Of a stretch of 64,000 bases of DNA, positions 1 to 10,091 are shown piece after piece. The DNA is taken from IMG/VR virus record IMGVR_UViG_3300044634_004095; one strand, given 5' to 3'. Both the position numbers and the translations under genes were made by a program. The number at the start of each line of letters is the position of its first letter. Position 1 is the stretch's first letter. This DNA comes from an uncultured virus (IMG/VR IMGVR_UViG_3300044634_004095) (Duplodnaviria > Heunggongvirae > Uroviricota > Caudoviricetes). The notes below the pieces were generated by a model, which did no database searches, was not told the DNA's origin, and was given only the letters and a program-made list of their open reading frames with translations.

Positions 1-2
1 GA

Positions 3-455
3 TTTATATCGCACAGGGGTAACCTGACTGGAATTAACAGAGAATTAGAAAATTCACCAGAATATGTGGTTGATGCAATTAAAAAAGGTTTTGATGTTGA
101 AATAGACCTCAGGACGCACTTGGGCAAAATGTACCTTGGGCACGATGAGCCGCAGTATAAAATAGAAGATAAATGGCTGCAAATGTATTCGAGCAGCTTA
201 TGGATCCATTGTAAAGATTTTGAATCATTAGACCACTCTATGAATATGGGTTATCATTGCTTCTTTCATAACATTGACGCATACACGATAACGAGTCGCA
301 GTTTTGTTTGGGCTTACCCTGGCAGTCAAATTGCTTCAAGGCTTTGTATATCTGTTCTTCCTGAAAGGGCAGAAGGCTTGATCGGCCTAAAAGCACACGA
401 CTATTACGGCGTATGTTCTGATTTTGTACAGGAACTGGAAGCTGCTTATGAGTGA
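3..455 (+). CDS. glycerophosphodiester phosphodiesterase-like (GDPD-fold) protein, 5' end at or beyond window edge
   Basis: Frame open from base 3: FISHRGN...ENS...GFDVEIDLR...LGHD...LWIHCK, the GDPD-like motif order. Confidence 0.7.
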   Translation, partial: FISHRGNLTGINRELENSPEYVVDAIKKGFDVEIDLRTHLGKMYLGHDEPQYKIEDKWLQMYSSSLWIHCKDFESLDHSMNMGYHCFFHNIDAYTITSRSFVWAYPGSQIASRLCISVLPERAEGLIGLKAHDYYGVCSDFVQELEAAYE

Positions 456-1062
456 ATTATCACTGCATGAGATTGGGTTAAAAAATTCTACGGACAAGTC
501 CACCTATCACGAGTATATGGATTTTTATCAAAGATATTTAGATAGAAATAAAATATTAAAATTTTTAGAAATAGGCGTCCAGGGTGGTTCCTCAATCAAG
601 ACATGGCGCGAATGGTTGAGGAGCGAATGCGTTATTGAAGGCTGGGACATAGAGCAATGCGAACCAATTAAAAATTGCGAATTAAAAATTGTTGACCAGG
701 CTAATCGCCAAATGGTAATTGATTCCATTACTGGAGAATACGATGTGATTCTTGACGATGGAGCTCATACGCCAAAATCAATGGAAACATCTTTTTCCGT
801 TCTGTTTCCATATTGCAAAATTTACATAATTGAGGACCTGCATGCTTGGTGGCTTGGATACAGGGAAGGTGAGGAAAAGTCGACTTTTGAACTACTTAAA
901 CAAATTGAAGACGACGGGTGGCTTTCTACCTATGCCACAAATGAAGAATCAGAATACATCTCAAGAAATGCTCAATTATTAGAAGTGTATCATCGTGGTG
1001 AATTAAGCAACCCACTCTCTATGTCAGCAGTAATTCTAAATAAAAGGAAATCAAATGATTAA
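448..1062 (+). CDS. class I SAM-dependent methyltransferase
   Basis: FLEIGVQGGSS, GWDI, DVILDDGAH, YIIEDL motifs; ATG 448 overlaps upstream stop region. Confidence 0.8.
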   Translation: MSELSLHEIGLKNSTDKSTYHEYMDFYQRYLDRNKILKFLEIGVQGGSSIKTWREWLRSECVIEGWDIEQCEPIKNCELKIVDQANRQMVIDSITGEYDVILDDGAHTPKSMETSFSVLFPYCKIYIIEDLHAWWLGYREGEEKSTFELLKQIEDDGWLSTYATNEESEYISRNAQLLEVYHRGELSNPLSMSAVILNKRKSND

Positions 1063-1852
1063 ACCAATTGACTATGAAAAACATTTTGTTATTGGGACTC
1101 CATTGGTCGGTTGGAAGTGTGATGCAAAGGAACACTTATCTTGGATTAATAACCGAATCGAAATAATTAATAAGTTTCCTAATGTAAAATGGTTTTCTGC
1201 TTTCGAACTTGACCACAGGGGAATTGAACCATTCGTTGACGTAATTGAAGCACTGAGAGAAGTCAATGGTGATTACTGGACTTACTCAATTAACGATATG
1301 CAGCCAAAAGTCAATTCTGGGAATAGGTGGATAAGGATTGAAACTGGAAGGAATCTCATAAGAGAATTCGCTCAAAGACATAGGGTTACATCTGGACATC
1401 ATTGGGGAGAAGATTGCACTGAAGAAAACATTGGAGTAATAAACTACCAAGCCGTTCTTTATGTTGATTCCGACATCGTTTTGACTGCTGAAATTATTGA
1501 AAAAATGCTTGAAGTGGACAGACCTTTAGTTGGTGCAAATGTTGGAGCTTATGGACTATCGGGCAAAGTAATAAGTAGCAACCCTCCTATACAAGAACAC
1601 TGGACGACTGCTGGTTGTTTACTCGTTAACTCTCCAGCCTTTTATGACTTGCCGTGGTTTCATAATTCTTGGTTGAATCTAAGTGATGACCCATCTTTTC
1701 AGTCAGTAGCTGAAAGACTTCTCAGAAGAGAGGGAGTAAATAATATGGAAGATACGTATGGAATGACTTGGGTAAGGAAAGACGTAAACGTAATTCACGC
1801 CGGAAGACTTAGTCCTGTTGAAGAAAGAAACATTCAAGACAGACAAATTTAA
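1055..1852 (+). CDS. glycosyltransferase (GT-A fold)
   Basis: GRNL, LYVDSD (DxD), AGCLLV, SDD motifs. Confidence 0.7.
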   Translation: MIKPIDYEKHFVIGTPLVGWKCDAKEHLSWINNRIEIINKFPNVKWFSAFELDHRGIEPFVDVIEALREVNGDYWTYSINDMQPKVNSGNRWIRIETGRNLIREFAQRHRVTSGHHWGEDCTEENIGVINYQAVLYVDSDIVLTAEIIEKMLEVDRPLVGANVGAYGLSGKVISSNPPIQEHWTTAGCLLVNSPAFYDLPWFHNSWLNLSDDPSFQSVAERLLRREGVNNMEDTYGMTWVRKDVNVIHAGRLSPVEERNIQDRQI

Positions 1853-1905
1853 TTCAATAATATAAATTATTTTGCTGTAAAATTGTCTCTGTCGGAGGAC
1901 AGAGA

Positions 1906-3891
1906 TTGAAAATTGGTGGGAAAGAAATAAAATTGCGCCCTGGCGCGTGGATACTTCTGCCTGCACTTATCCTTGCTTGGATTAATCCACATGATGTTAG
2001 GGCAGATGTTCAACCAGGACTTGCAGTAACCATTTACGACAACTTCGGATATAACGGGTCTCCGCCTCTTCCGTCCGTATCCGGGAGACCAGTTCAATGT
2101 ACTACTTCGTACTTAGATATCAACCAAGACTTTGGCAATAGCATTTGTGGACTTTATGACGACTACATAGTCAAATACGAAGGATACATTACTTCTCCCA
2201 CAACGGAAACAATTACTTTTTACCCGAGCGCTGATGATGGAACAAAACTTTACATTGATAATGTTCTAGTTGACAATAACTGGGTTGACAAGGGCGGCGG
2301 AGGAAATCCAAGCACGCCTATTGACTTTACTGCTGGAGTACCAAAATCAATAACTTTGTGGTTCTATGAAAACGGCGGCGGCAACTGGGTAGAGCTTGCA
2401 TGGAACCAAGGTGGAGGTTACTCGATTGTTCCAGCAGAAGCATTCACTCAGAATAACGAATCACAGTATACGACAACAACTACTTTGGCTCCATACTTCA
2501 ACTCGCCTCAAAATCTAACAGCCACGTCAAATCAAGATGGAAGCGTAGACCTTGACTGGGACGCGCCAGAGGCTAGCAATTTAGATATCTATGCTTATGG
2601 CGTTACCTTCTACGACCTTGATGAGATTGGTGGAACAACATCAAGTGGCTGGGGAGTTTGGACTAACCAAGGAACTACCTATTCGCTTGCTGAATATATG
2701 TTCTCTGGAACTACTGGGTTTGGACCGGTTCGTTTTGGTATTAAAGCAGGAAATGAAAGTTGTTTTTCTGCTGAAGGAGTAGGTCCATGTGTCTATGGAC
2801 CAGAAGTAAATGTTGATGTAATTGTTATTGACCCAACTCCGCCAACAACTACAACAACCGAACCGGAAAGCACAACAACAGAACTAGAAACCACTACAAG
2901 TGAAAATACAACTACAACTACTGAAGTAATTCAAGAACCAGAAATAACTACAACAATTCCTTTACCGAACACTGGAACTACAAGCAGTACAGTAGGAGAA
3001 ACAACCACAACGATGGAGACGGTTCCAGAGACTATCCCCATAACTGAGGAGGAAAATGTCGGACCAGGAGATTTCACAGAATCTACAGTTCAAGACTCGC
3101 TACCTGAACCAGAAACAGTCCCCCAAGATGAAACGCCGACACAAGAAACTACGCCAGAACTTTCGCTAGATACAAGCGAAGAGATTGACCAAATAAACAC
3201 AGCCGCACTAAGCAGTGAAGAACTCGGTGCAGCAATATCAGACATACTAGACAAACCACTGACTGATGAACAGTTTACTGCTGTTCTTGAAACAATATTT
3301 AATGAGTCACTCAGCGATGAGCAATTTGACGCAGCAATCAGCTCGGTTCTTGATTCTGACTTATCTGCTGAGCAATTTACGGAAGTTATTGGAATCCTCG
3401 AAGGAGACTCCGTAACGGAAGAGCAGGTTTCGTCTGCAGTTGACAGCATCATTGAAAACGGGATTACAGAAGACCAAGCAACAGAACTGGCCACAAGCGA
3501 AAAAGTACTTGAAAGCATTTCTGCTGATGCGGCTGCTGAGATATTCAACGAAATACCAGTAGATGAACTATCAGACGAGCAGGGTCAGCAAATTGTTGAA
3601 GCAGTGCAAAACGCCCCAACAGAAATCAAAGAAGCTTTTGAAGAGGAGATAAACGTCTTTGATGGCGCCTTTGACACCTATGTGCCAACAGACTCAAGCA
3701 TAAGTGTTGGCGAACGTAGAACTGTAGTTGCTGTAACTGTTGTATCATCTGTAATAGCAGTTTCTGCTGCGGCAGCTCCGTCATCTGGTCCGAGCTCCCC
3801 TGGCAGTGGTGGTTCTTCTGGAGGTGGCGGTGGCGCTCCATCTGGGGGAAGCAGCGATGGTGGGAAGCCTAGAAGGCGTCGTGGAGGATGA
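1906..3891 (+). CDS. secreted/membrane-anchored protein: PA14 + FN3-like domains, Thr-rich and acidic repeats, C-terminal TM
   Basis: Signal-like N-terminus; ADDGTKLYID and WFYENGGG (PA14); PQNLTAT..LDWDAP (FN3); TTTT linkers; hydrophobic segment then GS-rich and RRRR tail. Confidence 0.75.
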   Translation: MKIGGKEIKLRPGAWILLPALILAWINPHDVRADVQPGLAVTIYDNFGYNGSPPLPSVSGRPVQCTTSYLDINQDFGNSICGLYDDYIVKYEGYITSPTTETITFYPSADDGTKLYIDNVLVDNNWVDKGGGGNPSTPIDFTAGVPKSITLWFYENGGGNWVELAWNQGGGYSIVPAEAFTQNNESQYTTTTTLAPYFNSPQNLTATSNQDGSVDLDWDAPEASNLDIYAYGVTFYDLDEIGGTTSSGWGVWTNQGTTYSLAEYMFSGTTGFGPVRFGIKAGNESCFSAEGVGPCVYGPEVNVDVIVIDPTPPTTTTTEPESTTTELETTTSENTTTTTEVIQEPEITTTIPLPNTGTTSSTVGETTTTMETVPETIPITEEENVGPGDFTESTVQDSLPEPETVPQDETPTQETTPELSLDTSEEIDQINTAALSSEELGAAISDILDKPLTDEQFTAVLETIFNESLSDEQFDAAISSVLDSDLSAEQFTEVIGILEGDSVTEEQVSSAVDSIIENGITEDQATELATSEKVLESISADAAAEIFNEIPVDELSDEQGQQIVEAVQNAPTEIKEAFEEEINVFDGAFDTYVPTDSSISVGERRTVVAVTVVSSVIAVSAAAAPSSGPSSPGSGGSSGGGGGAPSGGSSDGGKPRRRRGG

Positions 3892-3892
3892 G

Positions 3893-4072
3893 ATGAAATT
3901 TCTAAAAAAATTATGGACCATAACTGGTGACTTAATATGGACAATCGTCGGAAGCGTTATTGTGATAATTACGCTTTCCGGTGACACTCAAAAAATCGCT
4001 CTTTACCTAACCCTCACCGGTGGCATGCTTCACTATATATATAAACTTTTAGACGGTTCTAAAGACGATTAA
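3893..4072 (+). CDS. small membrane protein
   Basis: GGAGG SD, two hydrophobic segments. Confidence 0.55.
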   Translation: MKFLKKLWTITGDLIWTIVGSVIVIITLSGDTQKIALYLTLTGGMLHYIYKLLDGSKDD

Positions 4073-4182
4073 TAAATTGTAATTTTTATCAACTCACTCT
4101 TGTTGTACAATATTTAAAGTTGCACAAATAATTGCAGAAAAGAGCGGCAATGCTTCGCAGAGTCCGACAGAAAAGAGTGAAA

Positions 4183-4770
4183 ATGGCCCCCAAGTACCCT
4201 TACAAAAAAATGGTTCTTCCAAAAGAACTGGCTTCAATGAAGGACGAAACTGGGAAGTTAACCCCAGAAATGCTTACAACTTCCGTAAATGGTGCAAAAT
4301 TTTGGCGTTGGGCTGGAATTGCTTTCAACCAAATGTTCAACGATGCTGAAAAAGCTGGCTTTAAACTACAGAATATCGGTGATTACCGTTCATACGAACA
4401 GCAACTCGCCATGTTCAAGGAGCGCTATTCGACCACTGACGGTGGCAGAAAGCCACAAGTAACGAGAACTTGGGATGGAAAGACTTGGTACTTGAAACCA
4501 AAGATGAGCCCATCGTCTAGTCCTGGTCGCTCAAATCATGGCCTTGGTCTAGCGATTGATATCAATGTAACAAAAGCTGAAGTACTTAACTGGCTTTGCG
4601 AGAATGCTCCAAAGTATGGTTTTTATCTCCAAAGTGATGACCCAAAGTCTCCAGAATTTGAAAACTGGCATTGGCAGTACGTTTGTGGCGATGCAACTCC
4701 AGAAGCAGTAAAAACTCGCTTCGAGGCTAACGAAGCTAAAAAAGCCGCAAAAGCCGCAAAAGGAAAATAA
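4183..4770 (+). CDS. M15 family (VanY-like) peptidase, probable endolysin
   Basis: YRSYEQQ, SNHGLGLAID (SxHxxGxAxD), ENWH motifs. Confidence 0.85.
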   Translation: MAPKYPYKKMVLPKELASMKDETGKLTPEMLTTSVNGAKFWRWAGIAFNQMFNDAEKAGFKLQNIGDYRSYEQQLAMFKERYSTTDGGRKPQVTRTWDGKTWYLKPKMSPSSSPGRSNHGLGLAIDINVTKAEVLNWLCENAPKYGFYLQSDDPKSPEFENWHWQYVCGDATPEAVKTRFEANEAKKAAKAAKGK

Positions 4771-4774
4771 TCCG

Positions 4775-5023
4775 ATGGAGGCAATAATTGTTGCTTTGAT
4801 TGGCATATTTGGTGGCGTTGCTATCGCGTTGATTGAAAAAGATAGACGCTCCAGCAAAGGTAGATGGGAAGAGAACAAGGCCGACCACAACTTTGTTGTT
4901 GACAAGATTGAGAACCTAGGTAAAACGCTTGGGATATCTATTGACAGAGTGGAAAAAGGCGTTGAACGTACGGAAGCAAAAGTTGATGAACATATTCGAG
5001 ACCACGCAAAAGGTGATGTCTAA
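4775..5023 (+). CDS. holin-like/lysis-associated membrane protein
   Basis: N-terminal TM plus coiled coil ending EHIRDH, directly after the endolysin. Confidence 0.5.
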   Translation: MEAIIVALIGIFGGVAIALIEKDRRSSKGRWEENKADHNFVVDKIENLGKTLGISIDRVEKGVERTEAKVDEHIRDHAKGDV

Positions 5024-5253
5024 TGGCAAATAAACCAGCAAAAAGAAACATAACCAATACCAACGCCCCAGTTAAAAAGAAAAACGAAGGCGAAATTGTT
5101 ATGTACGTGAGTATGAATAAAGCAACAATGAGTCGCTGCCTGCTTTGTGGCAAAAAAACAAGTAAGGGTATTCTTCGACAATACAAAGACGAACTTTACT
5201 GCTCAAAATCTTGCGTGACGTGGGTTATTGAAAAAGATGAAATAAATGAATAA
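5023..5253 (+). CDS. small zinc-finger protein
   Basis: CLLC...YCSKSC. Confidence 0.5.
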   Translation: MANKPAKRNITNTNAPVKKKNEGEIVMYVSMNKATMSRCLLCGKKTSKGILRQYKDELYCSKSCVTWVIEKDEINE

Positions 5254-6703
5254 AAAAACAAAAAATAATATATTTAAATATTTTTTAATATCATTTATAT
5301 TATTAGGATTATTTTTAGTTTCAAAATCTTCTATACCAAAAAGCCTCTCTATAACCAGTGTTGCTAATGCTTCTGGAACTGGTGGTCCAATAGTTCTTGA
5401 CGGAATGGATCCCGTCTGCCACTCCGGGGGAGAAGGAACTTGGGGGTATATTGCACAAGTTCTGAAGAAAACACACGAAGGCGCAACAAACCAGAACAGC
5501 GGCGCGATTGCTGTTCTGGGAGCAAACGGAACAAGCAACTCATGTGGTGGCAACTGGAATACTCTTTTAACCACAAAGTATCTCGGCCAGTTCATCACTG
5601 CTCCAACTGTAAATTTTTACAACTCTGCATCGGATGTGGCCACATTCTTCTCTACTATAAATACGCTAAAGCCTGCTGTTATATGGATTCCAGACAACTG
5701 GGGTAGACCAGCGGCGGTCGAGTCGGTGTTCACATCAAATGCTGAGGTTATCGCTGACTTCGTAAACTCAGGTGGTGGATTATTCGCGAACATGGGAACG
5801 TATGGTTGGTTGACCGCATTACTTCCAAGTGCCGCTTATAACAACGGTGGATGTAATGGTGGTCCAGACGCGACCGCTGACGGCATTGCTGACTTTGGGC
5901 TCACAAATGAAAAAGTAGCTGCCTGTTGGCATGGTTATTTTACTGGAAACGTTGGAACACTTAAAACGCTTGTTGACTATCCATACCCATCTGCTTCATC
6001 AACAAGAAAAGCAGTTTCAATAGGCGGTGGCTCGGTTTCGCTTCCAAGCTCGTTCACTCTAGCTATTAGTCCCACAAGTCCAAATGCTGGTGAAGATCTA
6101 ACCATAACCGCTACGGCTCAGACAATATCTGGCGTACCTCAAGCTGGAGTAACGGTAACAATAACCGTTAGCAGTGGTCCTGACGCTGGAAGCACTCTGA
6201 CCGCTACGACTAATTCTTCTGGAGTAGCAACAATAACCGTAAGAACAAACTCTCAGGGAACTGCTGTCTATACGGCTACAGCAACAGTCAATGGTGTGGC
6301 TAAAACTGTTTCGGCAACTGTTAGCTGGAATCCTCCAGTAACTACTGTTCCACCCATAGTGACTACAACATCAACCAGTAGTACAACGACCTCCGTACTG
6401 CAACAAACAACAACACTGCCAGAAGTTGTTCAAACAACGACAACGGCATATTTAATTTTGCCATTGCCACAAGAAGTGACGACCACCACAGAATTATCTC
6501 CAGTACCAGACCTCGGGATATCTTCATCCCCAAAGACTACCGTTCATGACCACTCAAAGCACTCGCACGGGATTCTTCCAGAGACCGGGAGCAGCTCGTC
6601 GAACGGAATAAAACTTGCTCTCTTTATCGTCTTGCTTGGCTGGATAATCATGTCAATTCGTGGAATTTTCTCGGATTCCAAAAAAAGCAGAAAAGGAGCA
6701 TGA
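5246..6703 (+). CDS. LPXTG-anchored surface protein with Ig-like (Big_1-type) domain
   Basis: Signal peptide; TATTNSSGVATITV Ig-like segment; Thr-rich stalk; LPETG followed by TM and KKSRK tail. Confidence 0.75.
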   Translation: MNKKTKNNIFKYFLISFILLGLFLVSKSSIPKSLSITSVANASGTGGPIVLDGMDPVCHSGGEGTWGYIAQVLKKTHEGATNQNSGAIAVLGANGTSNSCGGNWNTLLTTKYLGQFITAPTVNFYNSASDVATFFSTINTLKPAVIWIPDNWGRPAAVESVFTSNAEVIADFVNSGGGLFANMGTYGWLTALLPSAAYNNGGCNGGPDATADGIADFGLTNEKVAACWHGYFTGNVGTLKTLVDYPYPSASSTRKAVSIGGGSVSLPSSFTLAISPTSPNAGEDLTITATAQTISGVPQAGVTVTITVSSGPDAGSTLTATTNSSGVATITVRTNSQGTAVYTATATVNGVAKTVSATVSWNPPVTTVPPIVTTTSTSSTTTSVLQQTTTLPEVVQTTTTAYLILPLPQEVTTTTELSPVPDLGISSSPKTTVHDHSKHSHGILPETGSSSSNGIKLALFIVLLGWIIMSIRGIFSDSKKSRKGA

Positions 6704-6704
6704 T

Positions 6705-7043
6705 ATGGCTATGAAAAAAGAATTATGCACCAACATATTGATGCGCATCCTTGCAACCTTTGCAGCCTCTGGTCTTGGCGTGATCGGAGCCGGAGCTGTA
6801 GCTGGAGTTCCCCTGTGGAAGGCTGTATTTATGGCTGGTATTGCTGGTGTAGCCAGTGTAGTTGAAGGACTATCACGGGCATTCCTTGATGACGGAAAGC
6901 TAACTATTAGTGAAATAAATAACGTTTTTAAGAAATACGAGCGCGGTGATGTATCAGATCAAGGGTCTGACCAGGGAAAAAGAACAAAAGAAATAATGGA
7001 CAGACGCAAAGAAAGCAAATCTGGAACTACTACTATCCCATGA
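6705..7043 (+). CDS. holin-like membrane protein
   Basis: Two Gly/Ala-rich TM helices, charged C-terminus, AAGGAG SD. Confidence 0.55.
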   Translation: MAMKKELCTNILMRILATFAASGLGVIGAGAVAGVPLWKAVFMAGIAGVASVVEGLSRAFLDDGKLTISEINNVFKKYERGDVSDQGSDQGKRTKEIMDRRKESKSGTTTIP

Positions 7044-7135
7044 TCCAGAAAAATTATGCTATTTTAAACTTGAGCGAGATAAGCAAAAACGTATTTAAAA
7101 ATTAAAATTTATCTAAAGTTGGCCGGACTTAACAA

Positions 7136-7474
7136 ATGAATCAAAGACAAGAGATTGAGCAAATCTGGCACAACGATCACCATGTGTTGAGCCTGCGCAT
7201 CAACAGAGCAGACCTTGAAATTATGGATATCGTTTGTCCCGCCTCGGAGCCAAGCGCTGATTGCTTAAACTCGCACGGCGAATGTCTTGTCCAGTGGTTC
7301 ATATCGCGCTATGGCATGGATTGCAACGGCGGCGTGTGTATGGCAAGCCAAAATATGGAAATATGTTGGACAATTATCGGGGAAAAAGAAAATCCAGAAT
7401 CTTCTCAGTTATGGTTCATGCCATTAAGTGATGAGGTTTTTCAGGCTTGGCTTACGTCCAATTCGGAGCATTAA
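7136..7474 (+). CDS. hypothetical protein
   Basis: 112-aa ORF, Cys-containing. Confidence 0.55.
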   Translation: MNQRQEIEQIWHNDHHVLSLRINRADLEIMDIVCPASEPSADCLNSHGECLVQWFISRYGMDCNGGVCMASQNMEICWTIIGEKENPESSQLWFMPLSDEVFQAWLTSNSEH

Positions 7475-7777
7475 AAGCTGATCAGACATTTCCTCAGCCT
7501 TTAGACTTTTCCTGATGTGTTTGCTGCGCCTTGCTGTCTCGAATATAGCAAATTCTCCGTCTTCCGTTATCTGCCATTGATCTTTGTTTACTCTTTTCAA
7601 AAATCCAGATTTACTTAAAAAATCAAGGCTTCTGGCCATATCGGCGTAGCTTCTTCCATCCCACGTCCCGGTAAGGCAATTTTTTAAATTATCTTTCGAA
7701 AATGGTCTTTGTATCATCTTGGCGTAACACAAAGTTGTGTATCTTCTAGAATTGTATTTAAGTTTGTTTTGCGTCAT
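7424..7777 (-). CDS. winged-helix-like protein
   Basis: RSLDFLSKSGFLKRVNKDQWQITEDG wing pattern. Confidence 0.5.
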   Translation of the reverse strand: MTQNKLKYNSRRYTTLCYAKMIQRPFSKDNLKNCLTGTWDGRSYADMARSLDFLSKSGFLKRVNKDQWQITEDGEFAIFETARRSKHIRKSLKAEEMSDQLLMLRIGRKPSLKNLIT

Positions 7778-7792
7778 TAATCCCGCATGATA

Positions 7793-8236
7793 TTACCAAG
7801 GATCGCGTTCCGCAACTTCACTATTGAGATTTTGGGTTTCACTAATTGTTTTAATTATCTCTGTAATGTGCTGCATGTCAGGTTGATCAATAACGGCTTT
7901 TAAATTTACTTTGTATAAATTATGCCGGTTTATTTTTGTTTTTGAAACAAGGTCAGCAGCAATAAGACTCTTCACTGTTTTGTCAATCATTGTCTCACTT
8001 AGGTCAAGATAAACAGAAATCGCCCTTATCGTCATCGTAGGATCTTCTATGAGGGCGATCAACACTCTCCCTGTTGTTGACAGGAGCGAAATGGCGTCTT
8101 CACGGTGATACCGTAAAACTTTTTTCCTGTCGAGGGTCCTGAGTATTTTCTCTACTGCGAGGTCACTGGAGCCGTCGTTAATCGCGATAGCTTCCGAGAT
8201 TGCTTTTTTAATGTCTTCTGATTTTTGATTTTTCAT
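7793..8236 (-). CDS. MarR-like winged helix-turn-helix protein
   Basis: PTMTIRAISVYLDLSETMIDKTVKSLIAADLV HTH pattern. Confidence 0.7.
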   Translation of the reverse strand: MKNQKSEDIKKAISEAIAINDGSSDLAVEKILRTLDRKKVLRYHREDAISLLSTTGRVLIALIEDPTMTIRAISVYLDLSETMIDKTVKSLIAADLVSKTKINRHNLYKVNLKAVIDQPDMQHITEIIKTISETQNLNSEVAERDPW

Positions 8237-8359
8237 AGGATAACAACATGACTGTCATTTAATGGTGTACTATCTGTGATGTCACTGCGACTCTTACTGA
8301 GATAACTCTTGGTTTGGTTGTGGTGCTTCACATATCAAACAATAGCAGGTTGGTGGTAA

Positions 8360-8647
8360 ATGCTCAAGGATGCTCTGTTAAACCTTATGAAAAATAATGA
8401 TGGGGACAAGTGTAAGCTTGGCAAACTCATTGGAGAATTAGATAAAGAAACAGCTGAAATGCTGTCCAACGCTCTGCGAAGTAACGTCGCTACGACTGTG
8501 CTCTGCAGAACTCTCAACAACGAAGGAATCAAGATTAGTAGAGAGTTTCTCGGCACACAGAGAAAGCAATGCTTCTTGTCCCCGGGCAGTTCACCTAAAT
8601 GCTGTCTAAATAAAACGGATGCCAATCAGGAGAACAACAATGAGTAA
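8360..8647 (+). CDS. hypothetical protein
   Basis: 95-aa ORF coupled to the phosphoesterase gene. Confidence 0.55.
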   Translation: MLKDALLNLMKNNDGDKCKLGKLIGELDKETAEMLSNALRSNVATTVLCRTLNNEGIKISREFLGTQRKQCFLSPGSSPKCCLNKTDANQENNNE

Positions 8648-9839
8648 GTCCCTTAAAAATAGCCTAGAGGCAATTACCGATCAGTCCAATAAGGAGACTC
8701 ACACAAAAAAGGTAATGGGAGACATTGCCGAGATGTTGTCCCGAAAGGGTATTGACCCATCGGAAGTCGGGGCAATAAATAGAATTTCTCTTTATCAAAC
8801 TGTCACGAAAAATGATCTAGGGGAAACAGAAGTTCACGATCTTCAGGCTATTCAATTTAGCCCATCTTGGGAAAGTGGGCCACAGTGGCCGATGGTGACC
8901 CAGGGTCCGGCCATAAAAATTGACAATCCAAAGATAAAAGCCGAAGAACCAAAAGGGTGGCATACGGCCGTAGTGGTTCCTGATATCCAAATTGGTTATT
9001 ACAGGAAATCTCTTGACGATTACGACCTTGAGCCCATACATGACGAAAATGCTATCGCTGTTGCTTTAGGAGTCATCAAGGATATGAACCCACAGCAGGT
9101 TGTTCTCGTGGGGGACAACCTGGACTTCGCTGAATTCGGTAAGTATTTAACAGCGGCCCCATTCAAGCAGCTAGTACAAGCAGCAATCGATCGAGCAACG
9201 ATACTTTGTTCTCAATTGAGAAAAGCCGCACCAAATGCAGAAATAGTGTGGATTGCAGGAAACCATGAAGCGCGATTAGCTAGATACATCCAGGCAAACG
9301 CTGAGGCTGCCTTTGGAATAACCAGAGGAAAGACAGACGGATATCGCGATGGCTGGCCAGTCATGTCCGTTCCATATCTATGCCGAATGGACGAATTCAA
9401 CATAAAGTACCTTCCAGGGTATCCAGAGTCTGCTCATTACATTAACTCCAACCTTATGGTCGTACACGGAGATCGCGTCGTTTCAAATAACTCAACAACA
9501 AAGAAGTATCTTGATAACGAAAGAATTTCCGTGATCTACGGGCACATTCACCGCAATGAGTACGCATATAGAACAAGGCGCACAGACAAGGGCCCACGGA
9601 CGATCATGGCTGCAAGCCCTGGTTGCCTATGCAGAGTCGATGGGGCGGTTCCTTCAGTAAAGTCCGGCATGGATGAGTTCGGTAGACCGATCCTTCAAGG
9701 GGCAGAAAACTGGCAACAAGGACTTGGAGTAGTTACATATCAGCCGGTCGGGGTTGGAGAAGAATGGTTCAACTACGAGCCCATGTGGATATACCAGGGT
9801 CGAGGAATCTTCAGAGGGAAAGAATATACAGCAGTATGA
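8640..9839 (+). CDS. calcineurin-like metallophosphoesterase
   Basis: PDIQ, GDNLD, GNHE, HGD, GHIHR motifs. Confidence 0.85.
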   Translation: MSKSLKNSLEAITDQSNKETHTKKVMGDIAEMLSRKGIDPSEVGAINRISLYQTVTKNDLGETEVHDLQAIQFSPSWESGPQWPMVTQGPAIKIDNPKIKAEEPKGWHTAVVVPDIQIGYYRKSLDDYDLEPIHDENAIAVALGVIKDMNPQQVVLVGDNLDFAEFGKYLTAAPFKQLVQAAIDRATILCSQLRKAAPNAEIVWIAGNHEARLARYIQANAEAAFGITRGKTDGYRDGWPVMSVPYLCRMDEFNIKYLPGYPESAHYINSNLMVVHGDRVVSNNSTTKKYLDNERISVIYGHIHRNEYAYRTRRTDKGPRTIMAASPGCLCRVDGAVPSVKSGMDEFGRPILQGAENWQQGLGVVTYQPVGVGEEWFNYEPMWIYQGRGIFRGKEYTAV

Positions 9840-10066
9840 CAGAAGACGATGACTCTGTAGCAGGAATAATTGCCGACCTAGAGAAAATGCAAGAAGCTGG
9901 ACTAGTTGAAGTAAAGAGCATCACCGAAGAAGGTGAGTGGCTTTATGGGCTTACGGACCTCGGTAGGGCTATTGTCAAGGACGTAGGGATAGATCCAGAT
10001 AAGCTCGAAGGTCTTAGGAAGGTTCTTGCATTGATGATGGGTGAAGAAAAAAGAGATAACTCCTAA
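9836..10066 (+). CDS. hypothetical protein (wHTH-like)
   Basis: ATGA overlap; EAGLVE...YGLTDLGR. Confidence 0.5.
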   Translation: MTEDDDSVAGIIADLEKMQEAGLVEVKSITEEGEWLYGLTDLGRAIVKDVGIDPDKLEGLRKVLALMMGEEKRDNS

Positions 10067-10091
10067 AGATATACAGTTTGGAAGAAACAAT

